Source of the DNA: an uncultured Actinomycetes bacterium
GTDB taxonomy: Bacteria; Actinomycetota; Actinomycetes; S36-B12; CAIYMF01
Direction: 5' to 3'
Assembly: GCA_963843975.1 (NCBI GenBank)
Contig: CAWJMG010000003.1
Span: forward strand, 270,001 to 302,000
Length of the DNA stretch: 32,000 nucleotides
The translations under genes were made by a program, and so were the position numbers. The notes beneath the pieces were generated by a model. That model made no database searches. It was not told the origin of the DNA and saw only the letters and a list, made by a program, of their open reading frames with translations. Numbering within the stretch: position 1 is the first letter of the stretch; each line of letters begins with the position of its first letter. This document shows positions 7,707-16,844 of the stretch, one piece after another.

Positions 7707-10700
7707 CTATTCATCGAGTTGCCGGGAATCCGTGAGATCCCAGACGTCGGCATCAGCGCTGTCCTCGTCGTCCATGGCCGGGCGGATGGCGTCGGTGCTC
7801 GGATCGCCTAGGCCGTAGACCTCGCGTCGCGTCGTCGAGGCGGCCGCCGCATCGAGGAGCCATTCGTCGCCTGACGGGATGTTGAGCTCGGTGAGGCGCG
7901 CCCATACCCGCTCCATGGCCTCGCTCGGGTTGCGGAAGTACTCCGACCCGCGGATCCGGACGAAGGTCCAACCGGCGCGCTCGAGGATCTCCTGACGTGC
8001 CCGGTCTGCGTGCCATCGTTCGGGGCCGTGCCACTGCTCGCCGTCGCACTCGATCGCCAGTCGCGACTGCGGCCCCTCCACCACGAGGTCGATGCGGTAC
8101 GAGTGGTTCTCGGTGCCGACGTGCACCTGCGAGCGCACGCGCCGATACCCGCGAGTGACAATCTGCCGGATGACCATGCGCTCGAACTCGGAGTCGCACT
8201 GAGCGAGCTGCCCGTCGATGGCGTCATCGAAGGTCTGAGGGTCTCTGCTGTGGCGGATCAGCTCGGCGCGCGGGTCACCATTCGGGAACCGCTCTGGCTC
8301 CAGCGAGTGCACGATCCACATCTGATTACGAGCGCGGGAGGCGGCAACGTTGACGCGCTGTCCGTCGGCCACGCTCGTGAGGGCGCCGATCCTGCTGCCA
8401 GGATTGGTCGGATCAGTCGCCGCGACAAGGGCGACGACCATGACATCACGCTCGTCGCCCTGGAAGTTGGCGGCGTCGCCCACGCGGATCCTTCGGTCCT
8501 CCCAGACTGACGGACCCACGCGGTCGAACAGCTGCGCGCGCACCAGATCCGCCTGGCCACCGCCGAGGAGACAAACCACACCGAAGGTCATGCCCGCGTA
8601 GGCAGGGTCGTCGATGAGCTCGGCGATGAGGTCGACGACCGCTTGTGCCTCTGGCACATTGACGCCGCCCCGGGCCCGGAACCCGTCGAGCACCTTGACC
8701 GCGCCGAGGGCCGGCCAGTTGGGGCGGGGACGCTGGTCGCGCAGCGGCTCGATGAGGCCGCCGTAGTACATCCGGTTGGAGAAGCCGATGATCTCAGGCA
8801 GGCAGCGGAAGTGCTCGCGCAGCATGACCGAACGAGGGAACTTCTGGAAGGCCATGTCGTAGAGGCTGTTGCCTACGTTGAACAGGGTGCGCGAATGCGG
8901 GATGGCGGCGAGGTGCGTGTCAATGAGTTCGAACACTCGTTCTTGATCAGTTCCGACTGTCCCAGGCGACGTCTGCTTGTCGTCACCGACGACGATTGCT
9001 CGTCGTGCCAGTGCCAGGAGCGGCAGGGCCGTCACGTCGATCTGGCTCGCCTCGTCGACGATGATCACGTCGAACGGCACGCTCGCGTCGGGGCGAAAGC
9101 TGGTGAGCGCCCGAGAAGTGGGCATGATCCACACTGGCACGGCGTCTTTCGACTCGTTCAACGCTCGCCGGATCTCCTCCAGCCAGCGGGCTGCGAACTT
9201 GCCGCCCGTCTTGCCGTAACGGCGGACGGCGGTGAGGTAGGCGTTGAGCGCCTGGCGCTGCTTGTCGCCGAGGTTGTCGGCGAGACGTCGCCAGGCGCGT
9301 ACCCCGACCAGGGTCGTGATCACAGAACGGCGCTTCACCTGCAGCTCTTCGATCCGTCTCTGGAGGTCTGCGGGGGAGTCGCCCCGATGGATCTCGTCGA
9401 GCCACGTCTGCATCTGGCGCCAGCGCCAGGCATCGACAACCAAAGCGGGGTCATTCGCCGCATCGGAGTTCACGAGGATCCGCTCGCACCACAGCGGGGT
9501 GGACTCGTGGAGCCGATCACGCAGCTCAACCAGTCGTCGGGCGCGCGGCGCGACCTCCTCGAGGCTGGCGACATCCGCACGAACGGCGTCCCACGCGTCG
9601 GCGTCACGGCCGTCGAATGCGTCGGCCAACTGCACCCAGTGAGGACTGGTCTCGGCCTCTGAGCCGTTCCTTCGCAGGTAACCGCGAAGGTCTTCGAAGT
9701 ACGTGCGCAAGCCCAACTGGCGAGGTCGCTGATCTGTCTGCGCCAACGCGGCCAGCCCCGCCTCCAGGGTGCGCGTCGAGTCCTCGGCCGAAAGTCTGAG
9801 CCCTACGGAGGCTGCCTCTGCGCGCAGCATCGCCATCGCGGAGGCGCGGCCCTGGACGAAGACCAACTGTCCGAGTCGCCGACCGACTTCCTCCTCGGGC
9901 CGCTCTTGTTCGAGCGTCGGGCCGTGCACTGGGCCGATCTGTGCGTTCCACCGAGTCTGGAGGGACCGGCGCACCTCGGCGAGGTCGTGTGCGGCCAGAC
10001 AGAGGTCGATGTCGGCGGCGGAGGTGGCCGGACGGCCATCGATCGAGCACTGGGCGAGCACCTGCTTGAGCTCACCGTTGAACATGCCGAGCTTGCCCTT
10101 GTCGGCCAACTTGGCGCGGACGGCCGCGAGCTGCTGACGGAACTGAGGATCGCCCGCGCCGTTCACGGCGACCGTGTGCGCCGAGAGGCCTCCGCGTAGG
10201 GCAACCGCTCTCTCGCGCTCGTCGGTGACTGCTTTGAGGAAGCCGGACCATTCGTGGGCGAGCAACGGATCGGCCAACTTCGTCGCCACCGTCTCAAGCC
10301 ACGGCTCGTCGCATGCCCGCGAATGGCCGACGGTCCTGTCGAGGTTGGCACGAAGGGCTTGGATGGCGGCCGGATCAGCAGCGTCGAAGATGCGCCACTC
10401 CACGGTGCCATCAAGGGTCGCCAGATCGTCGTCCAGGGCTCGCAGGTCAGCCCAGTATTCGGTCAGCTTGGTCCCGACGGGCACGTCCAGCAACGGCGGG
10501 AGGATAAAGGCCGACTCTCGGGCGCGCTCGATGCCCACCTCGTTGAGCAGGCGTAGCAACTCTGCAAGCTCACCCGCGGTCAGAGCAGGCGAGACGCTTG
10601 AATCGATCTCATCGGGGATGAAGGACAGTGCGTCTTCGTGCTCGTGCAGCCACGCGGCGACCTCGCCCGGGTGCGGGTCTGGCCCGCAGGGCCATGAGCC

Positions 10701-12183
10701 TGCCAGCCTTCGTGACTCCGCCTCGCGCGCGGCCATCAGCCGACCAACCGTCATGGCGATGGCGGCATCGACGCCCTGCAGTTCGGCGGTGAGCTCGTCG
10801 ATCCTCTGGTCCTCGGCTTTCTTGTCCATGCCACTGACGCGCGACTGGATGGCCTGGATCGACGACTCGAGCGCAGCCTGGCTGGCGCGGTCGGCCCCGA
10901 GCACGGACACCGTGAGGTCGGCGATCTCCCGCGGGATCTTGTCGGCGAGCACCCGCAGCGCCTGCTCCTTCTCGGCCACGACCAGGACGCGGTGCCCATA
11001 GGCGACGTAGTGGGAGATGAGGTTGGCGATCGTGTGCGACTTCCCGGTGCCGGGCGGACCCTGTACTACGACGCCGGACTGCACCTGCGCGAGTCGCAGG
11101 ATCCGCTGCTGGTCCTCGTTGGAGGCTAGGGGCAGGAGCAGCGGCTCGGTCTCTGCTGCCGTCCACTCCGACTCGTCGCTGGACGCGAGCGACGACGGGG
11201 CGTCGATGACCAGAGACCGCAGGGCGTCAGGCGCCTCGGCACCGCCGACGTAGAGCTCGCGCATGCGGTCGAGGTATCCCTGGTAATCGGGCCGCTTACG
11301 ACGTACGAAGAGGGTCCATCCCGTGTCGATGCGGGGCGCCCCCTGACTGGCGGCGCCGTCTCCGAGGACCACTCCACCGTCGTGGAGGAGTCGGACCAGC
11401 GTGCGGCATTGCTCCGCCAGTTCGGTTCCGGACCATGGATCGAAGGGCTCGGCCTCGATCGTTCGGCGCTTGGCTCCGATCGCGGTGCGGTCGTGAAGGT
11501 CGATACCGGCGAAGCAGAGGATGTCGAGGCTCGAGTGCCCCGGATGGATTGACGAGCAGCGACTGATCGGCTCGGCGCTCGACATCGACGGGCACAACGA
11601 AGACGGGGTGGTTGACCGTCCCGCCCTCGGTGGACCAGTGAACCCGCCCGAATCCCCACACGAGCTCATAGGTCTCGCGGTTGTCCGCGATCAGCTGGGA
11701 GGCCTCGAACAGGCTGCGGTAGAGCGACTTCACCGAGTCGACCTCGAGCCACGCCTGCACGTAGGGCGACCACACGTCCCGCAGCCAGTCATCGGCCCGG
11801 TCCATCGTGACGATCTGAGTGAGGCGTGCGGTCGCTTCCTCATCCGTGAGGTTGTCAGGGTCGTCTGGCTCGAGGTCAGGCAGCGTGAGCGACGGCTCCG
11901 AGATCGGCCTCCCGGCCCTCGTCAACTCCTGAAGGGCCTCCGCGATCTCGGCCGGCGGAGCCGGCTGGTGCGGATACTCCCGAAACGCGACCTGCAACCA
12001 GGCGTCGGCGGCCGTGCTGACCCCATCGGCGTCGGGTATGTCTTCCTGGCGCTTGCACAGGAGCCCATAGCTCGTGACGTCGCGCACCGGGGGGTTGCGG
12101 ATCGCGTCGAGTTCCTGAAGGAAGTCGATCAGGCTGAGCATGCGGTCGCGTTCGGCCTCGCGAGTAGGTGGTGCAGGCTCCAC
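7707..12183 (-). pseudogene. Hhe-like giant defence helicase (DUF4011-like N-terminus, Upf1/Dna2-like SF1 helicase, C-terminal Vsr/DUF559-type endonuclease), split by a +1 frame change at a C4 run
   Basis: As sequenced there are two ORFs, 11296..12183 and 7707..11669. The N-terminal ORF is protein-like up to ETYELVWGFGRVHWSTEGGTVNHPVFVVPVDVERRADQSLLVNPSG. The second frame becomes protein-like from HSSLDILCFAGIDLHDRTAIG. Helicase motifs are VVQGPPGTGKSHT, IIVDEASQI, IVVGDDKQTSP and VNVAASRARNQMWIV. The C-terminus YRIDLVVEGPQSRLAIECDGEQWHGPERWHADRARQEILERAGWTFVRIRGSEYF is a Vsr/DUF559-like nuclease. The junction is at 11538-11541. Confidence 0.8.
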
Positions 12184-12383
12184 GAGCTTCCCCGAACGGT
12201 TCCTTGGTCAGTGCAGCGCATTCTGCCGGTTGAGTCGCCTGGACGTGGCCTGCCGATGAATGTCTACCCAGTCGGGAAACGACTGGTGGACGACAGGTGA
12301 CTTGCGACAGTGGGTCGAGACGTGGGCGGTGGCGGTCTCGGGCGGCGCAATCGAATGTCGGTGGTCGGGCGGACCATCGAAGC

Positions 12384-12821
12384 GTGTTGGTGGAGCTTGT
12401 CGAATTGATGCGGGTGCTCGAGTCCGCGCTCGGATCCTTGAAGCCAGGGTGGTTCGCCGTCCTGGACTTCGTGGCCAAGCCCCAGGGTGATGCGCCGTAC
12501 GCGCAGGTGGCGCTCGAACCGTCCGGGTGGTACCTCGAGGTGGTCTCGGATTGGTACCTGCCTCGCCACGAGTGGCCGATCGATGAGTTGGCCCTGAGGA
12601 GAGCGGGGTGGTCGCCGCCGGTCGAAGTCTCGGACAACTGGCTCCGGTATGACTCAGCGCAGCTGTCGCTGGGCGACCTGGCAGCGTTGCTGGTGGATGC
12701 GCTCATCGTCGGACGCTGCTGCGACGCGGCGGGTGAGTTCCGCGTGACTACCGGTGCCTTCCCGTCCGGCCCGGACGGAGGCGAGCCGGTGCCGCTGCCG
12801 TGGGTCGCCGTGGCGGCGTAG
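12384..12821 (+). CDS. TY-Chap / YbjN-like chaperone-type domain protein (start uncertain: GTG 12384, GTG 12390 or ATG 12408)
   Basis: The ORF 12297..12821 has a junk-like N-terminus up to about 12380. After that, MRVLESALGSLKPGWFAVLDFVAKPQGDAPYAQVALEPSGWYLEVVSDWYLPRHEWPIDELALRRAGWSPPVEVSDNWLRY matches the 'yvQ..g.l.Evvsn.yL......L..lGW.pP...nw' pattern of TY-Chap domains. Assignment is by eye. Confidence 0.5.
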   Translation: MLVELVELMRVLESALGSLKPGWFAVLDFVAKPQGDAPYAQVALEPSGWYLEVVSDWYLPRHEWPIDELALRRAGWSPPVEVSDNWLRYDSAQLSLGDLAALLVDALIVGRCCDAAGEFRVTTGAFPSGPDGGEPVPLPWVAVAA

Positions 12822-12880
12822 CGGCGCCGCGATCGGCCGATCAGCGGATGCGGGCATCGCGAGCGAGAGAGGATGAGCGA

Positions 12881-13840
12881 ATGGACGCTCCATCGAAGTC
12901 TGACCTTGTGGACGCTGACTGCTGGTTTGCGGTCGATCGGGTGAAGGGTCGTCCTGACATCACGGCCTTCAAGCAGGAGGCAAGGCTTGCCCAAGCGCGG
13001 TGGCGTGAGACGAGGAACCTGCCGGCGGGAACGTCGCCGTATGACCCGTCCAAGGCCAAGGACTCGCGCCCCGCACGGGTCGTTGGGAGTCGGATCGCTC
13101 ATGCCGAGGGTTGGGCGGGCCAGCACAACCTGCTGAGTGAGACGGCCCGGGCCGCTGCGGCTCGACGACTCGCCGAGCCACAGCTTCACCAGATGCTCAA
13201 CTGGGATCGCGTGTGGTGCGACCTGCTGTCGTCGATGCCCCTGTGCTTCAACCTGTTCGGACCCCTGACTGTGGACCGCGAGCTTGCCCAGCGGGCCGTG
13301 AGCGCATGGTTTCCGGATGCACCGGGAACGGTGGAGGACGTGATCCTCGAGTGGTCACCTGAGCGCCGGACGGATCGCTACCTCAGGAACGGCACGGCCT
13401 TCGATGCGGCTGTGATTCTGAGACTGCCCGACGGCAAGCGCGGTGTCATCGGCATCGAGACCAAGTACCACGAGCACCTCGGGCATGAGGAGACCCCGGA
13501 GCCCGGGCGGCTCGCGCACTACCGGGCAATCGCGGAGGCGAGCAAGGCGTTCAAGCGCGACTCGGTCGACAAGCTGGTGGGCGAGCCCCTGCAGCAGATC
13601 TGGCAGGACCACCTGCTTGCGGAATCGATGCTGCTGCAGGAAGACGAAAACTGGGGCTGGTCGAGTTTCGTGCTCGCATATCCGTCTCGGAATCCGTCGT
13701 TCGCCGAAGGCGTGCAGCAGTACTCGGCCCTGCTGGCGAAGCCCGAGAGGGTCCAGCCGAGGACGCTCGAATCGCTTCTGCACTCACATGCTCTTCCCGA
13801 GGCCAACTCGAGTGCACTCGCCGACCGGTACCTCTGGTGA
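12881..13840 (+). CDS. PD-(D/E)XK nuclease-like protein
   Basis: ATG 12881 has a GAGAGAGGA SD upstream. The candidate catalytic core is TAFDAAVILRLPDGKRGVIGIETKYHEH (D ... E-x-K). A C-terminal helical region contains QQIWQDHLLAESML. Family-level call only. Confidence 0.55.
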   Translation: MDAPSKSDLVDADCWFAVDRVKGRPDITAFKQEARLAQARWRETRNLPAGTSPYDPSKAKDSRPARVVGSRIAHAEGWAGQHNLLSETARAAAARRLAEPQLHQMLNWDRVWCDLLSSMPLCFNLFGPLTVDRELAQRAVSAWFPDAPGTVEDVILEWSPERRTDRYLRNGTAFDAAVILRLPDGKRGVIGIETKYHEHLGHEETPEPGRLAHYRAIAEASKAFKRDSVDKLVGEPLQQIWQDHLLAESMLLQEDENWGWSSFVLAYPSRNPSFAEGVQQYSALLAKPERVQPRTLESLLHSHALPEANSSALADRYLW

Positions 13841-13886
13841 GGTAGGTGCCGAGGCAGCTGCGCGGTGGCACTTGTCGAGGGTCGAG

Positions 13887-14120
13887 TCAATCGTCTTTGT
13901 CGATGACGATCCCGCGTCGAGCCCGCTCTGCCGCGATGTCGGCGTGCGTGGGGTTGGTCTGGGCTTGGAGCCAGGCCAGCATCGAGTCGGGCGGGGGAGG
14001 GCCGAAGCAGACAATGCCGCCGAGGATCTGGGCGCCGAACTGAGCGCCGATCCTCTGCGCCTCGGCCATGTTGGGCGGCGGCTCGCAGTCGCACCAGCCG
14101 TCTTCCGTGGCGTGTCCCAT
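13887..14120 (-). CDS. Small hypothetical protein (77 aa)
   Basis: A canonical AAAGGAG SD lies 5 nt upstream of ATG 14120. The composition is not Arg/Pro-junk: MGHATEDGWCDCEPPPNMAEAQRIGAQFGAQILGG.... No family was recognised. Confidence 0.5.
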   Translation of the reverse strand: MGHATEDGWCDCEPPPNMAEAQRIGAQFGAQILGGIVCFGPPPPDSMLAWLQAQTNPTHADIAAERARRGIVIDKDD

Positions 14121-14399
14121 GTCGGCTCCTTTGCGTCGTTGCTTCCGCCCGACGGTCGAGGGGCGGCGGATCTTCCTCCGGGGGCACCGTGCGACGAGCC
14201 GCGCGGTTGCCAGGCGACCAGCCGGAGGGCTTGTGGTCGCGCTTCTTGATCTGCCTTCACGCTATCGGCGAGCACCGACACAGGGGCTCGTGGTGGTTTC
14301 GGCAGGGCGTCGAGTACCGCGCCGATGTGACTTTCGGCCGCGTTACCCTGCTGGTCGGAGCAGTCGCGGGGGCTGCGCGGGGGATGGGGGACGACAACC

Positions 14400-15047
14400 A
14401 TGAGTACGACGAGCCCGGAGCCGGGTTGGTACCTGCGCGAGGACGACACCGAGCACGAGGCCTACTGGGACGGCTCGGCGTGGACCGGCCATCTGCGTGC
14501 GGTCACGACGACGACACCGGGGCCGACGAGTCCTGAGGGGTTGTCCGATGCTGATCTCGGGCCGGAGCGCGTCGACTTCCTGACGGACGCTCGGCGCGCG
14601 GATCTGAGTAGGTCGGCGAGCAGCCCGTCAGCTGCTGGCTGGTATCGCGACCCTGGATCACCGCTGGCGCGCGCTCGCTACTGGGACGAGCGGTGGACGG
14701 GCCGCACACGGCCGATCGCGGGCGCGGTCGCCATCCCGGCGAGCATTGACACGGCGCCCACTCCCGCCGCGCCTCGGGCGCGGGTGCGGATCGCGGACAT
14801 GGACCGAACGCAACTGGCGGCCGCCGTGCGCCGAGTTCGTCGACGGACGGTCATCACCGCGCTGTGGCTCGTCGTGCTCATCGTGATCTCGGTCGTGATG
14901 CCGCCGAACGACGGATCGTGGCTCGGCAACGTCTCGACCTTCAGCGTCTACCTCGCACTGATCCTCTGCCTGTGGATCCTGGCGATCCTGATCAGCGTCC
15001 TGTGGAAGGTTCGCAAGCTCGCGCGCCAGAGGGGCTTTGTGCTTTAG
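14400..15047 (+). CDS. DUF2510-repeat membrane protein
   Basis: There are two GWY...(Y/R)WDxxxWTG repeats: GWYLREDDTEHEAYWDGSAWTG and GWYRDPGSPLARARYWDERWTG. Two C-terminal hydrophobic helices follow: VITALWLVVLIVISVVM and VYLALILCLWILAILISVLW. Confidence 0.8.
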   Translation: MSTTSPEPGWYLREDDTEHEAYWDGSAWTGHLRAVTTTTPGPTSPEGLSDADLGPERVDFLTDARRADLSRSASSPSAAGWYRDPGSPLARARYWDERWTGRTRPIAGAVAIPASIDTAPTPAAPRARVRIADMDRTQLAAAVRRVRRRTVITALWLVVLIVISVVMPPNDGSWLGNVSTFSVYLALILCLWILAILISVLWKVRKLARQRGFVL

Positions 15048-15073
15048 GGATGCTGCCGACGCGGCCCGCGAGG

Positions 15074-16348
15074 TCAGGGGGCGTCGTAGTGGATGTAGGG
15101 GTTCAGGATCTCTCGGCCGAGGAGCGACGCGCGCTGCACCGCGGTGAGGCGCGCCGCGTCGCAGACGTCGTGCCAGGAGTCCGTGATGGTCGAGACCACG
15201 TGGTCCATGATGGCCTCGGCCTCGGCGCTCGTGAGCAGGAAGACCGGGGCGACGGCACGGCAGGCGCGCAGCTGGCTCGCCCGGTCGGTGGCGCTCGAGA
15301 TGCCGATCGCGTGCGAGGCAGGGTCGGTCGAGCGAACCTGCGGGCACACGTCGTACGCCGGGGTCAGCGAGAGCGCGGTGCCGTCCCAGAATGCCGCATG
15401 GTTGCGGAGGTGGTCGTCGGTATTGCCGACGCATACGTTGAGCACCAGGCGCGTGAAGAGCTCGCGCAGCGTCTCGGGCACCCGTGCCCAGCCGTGCACC
15501 CGGATCGCCTCTGCCATCTGGGCATAGCTCGCGTAGCGCGCGCTGTGCTCGGCCAGGCCGAGGACGGTCAGCATCGAGACCATCGCCCGCCGCTCGTACG
15601 CCAGCCCGTCGACCGCGACGCGATCGAAGCGCTCGACGATCAGGACGTCGCGGCCGGCGACAGGGACGACCTCCACGGGCGGAACGTCGATGCCGACATG
15701 GGCAGCCAGCAGCATGGCGACCGCCTCGTGCTGCACTACCGGCCTCACGTCGGCGCTCGACGGGAACTTCGCGATCAGCTGCCGCGCGCCATCCACGAGC
15801 ATCGCCTTCGGGCGCGCGCCACCGATCGAGGTGCCGTGTTGCGCCGCCGCCGTGAGCGAGTCGGGGATCGGCTCGCCGGCCTCTACAAGGTCGGCCAGCG
15901 CCAGCAGTTGCTCGAGCGTGGCGTCGTCGTCGCGTGCGACGTGCTCGTCGGGGCGTGCCTGGAAGTCGAGCGCCCCGATGCGGTTGCTGCCCGAGCCGAG
16001 GAGGTAGGTGGTCTCGTCGACAGGTTGTTCGGGGTGCCCGGCCATGCGGGCGTTGATCACGCGGCGCCCCCAGGTGTCGGGTGCGGCGTCGCGAAGGCAC
16101 GACGGGAGGGGCAGCGGCTCGCGACCCGGGATGCGTCGCGGATCGACGGTGGCATCGGTGAGGGGCAGCTCGGGTGCGAACAGCGAGATCGCCTCGGACC
16201 GGTCGAGGTAGCTGGCGGCGTACCGGAAGGCCATGACGCGCTCGCCGTGCAGCGCGGCGCCGCCGGGCGCGAGGGCACCAGCGACGACGGGCTCGGTCGT
16301 GCCGGGGAGCCATGTCCACACGAACACGCGCTTGGGGTCAGAAGTCAT
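15074..16348 (-). CDS. hipA: HipA-family serine/threonine kinase toxin (type II TA)
   Basis: 424 aa. The N-terminal coupling region is VFVWTWLPG...MAFRYAASYL. The kinase core is GGARPKAML...IAKFPS, and the catalytic loop is VCVGNTDDHLRNHAAFWDG. The start overlaps the upstream HTH gene by 11 nt. Confidence 0.9.
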   Translation of the reverse strand: MTSDPKRVFVWTWLPGTTEPVVAGALAPGGAALHGERVMAFRYAASYLDRSEAISLFAPELPLTDATVDPRRIPGREPLPLPSCLRDAAPDTWGRRVINARMAGHPEQPVDETTYLLGSGSNRIGALDFQARPDEHVARDDDATLEQLLALADLVEAGEPIPDSLTAAAQHGTSIGGARPKAMLVDGARQLIAKFPSSADVRPVVQHEAVAMLLAAHVGIDVPPVEVVPVAGRDVLIVERFDRVAVDGLAYERRAMVSMLTVLGLAEHSARYASYAQMAEAIRVHGWARVPETLRELFTRLVLNVCVGNTDDHLRNHAAFWDGTALSLTPAYDVCPQVRSTDPASHAIGISSATDRASQLRACRAVAPVFLLTSAEAEAIMDHVVSTITDSWHDVCDAARLTAVQRASLLGREILNPYIHYDAP

Positions 16349-16670
16349 TGCTGATCTCCACGGCGCTCGGGCGGACGCGCTGCGGCATCAGGGCGAGCCG
16401 GGTGCGCTCGCGCTCGGCGGCATCGCGCAGCTCACCGGCGTCGGCGCCGAACAGGGGTACGCCGCAGAGCACCGCCGCCTCGAGCACCGTGCCGATGGCC
16501 GTGCTCGGAGCACCCCGCTCGATCCTGCCGACGAGTTGCGGCTGCACGCCGAGACGTCCCGCCAGCTCGGCTGCCGTCCAGCCCAGTTCGCGGCGAGCGA
16601 CGGCGATCTGGACGCCCAGGGTCGCGACTGCGTCGAGTGTCGCGGGAAGGTAGGCACGGGTCTGCTTCAC
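16338..16670 (-). CDS. hipB: HipB-like XRE-family HTH antitoxin
   Basis: 110 aa. LGVQIAVARRELGWTAAELAGRLGVQPQLVGRIERG is a Cro/C1-type HTH. It overlaps hipA by 11 nt. It starts at GTG 16670 with no SD, so it may be leaderless. Confidence 0.85.
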   Translation of the reverse strand: MKQTRAYLPATLDAVATLGVQIAVARRELGWTAAELAGRLGVQPQLVGRIERGAPSTAIGTVLEAAVLCGVPLFGADAGELRDAAERERTRLALMPQRVRPSAVEISNDF

Positions 16671-16676
16671 ATCTGA

Positions 16677-16705
16677 AAGGTACGTTAAAACACTAATTAG
16701 AGCAA
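16677..16705 (-). promoter_or_regulatory. Candidate sigma70-type promoter for a leaderless hipBA transcript
   Basis: On the minus strand: TTGCTC (16705-16700), a 17-nt spacer, TACCTT (16682-16677), then 6 nt to GTG 16670. It lies inside a conspicuously AT-rich stretch (about 16672-16740) in an otherwise GC-rich window. Confidence 0.3.
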
Positions 16706-16844
16706 CAAAAAGCGATATAAAGATGTCTGTTCATCCAACGGTGGAGGCGTGTGCCGCCGAAGACGCAGGCGACGCCCCGTCTCATGGCCCACTGTCGCTG
16801 GCCGTCGATAGCGTGACCGTCGTATCTGCAGAGGGGGTGTGAGG

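Noticed and set aside
7517-7714. A 66-aa minus-strand ORF whose ATG overlaps the helicase stop (ATGAATAG) and which ends 4 nt from the convergent EcsC stop.
   Set aside because: Its first dozen codons end mostly in T/A (AAT AGG CGT GAT ... ACT ACT GCT CGT), which is atypical for this genome. There is no SD and no recognisable motif. This is probably just the convergent intergenic spacer, though a coupled micro-ORF cannot be excluded.
11530-11550. Programmed +1 ribosomal frameshifting as the explanation for the split genes (also at 17487-17499 and 27855-27861).
   Set aside because: I saw no shared slippery or stall motif, no downstream structure, and no in-frame stop at the shift sites as in prfB-type +1 sites. 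The sites differ in sequence. Indel error or mutation at repeats is the simpler explanation.
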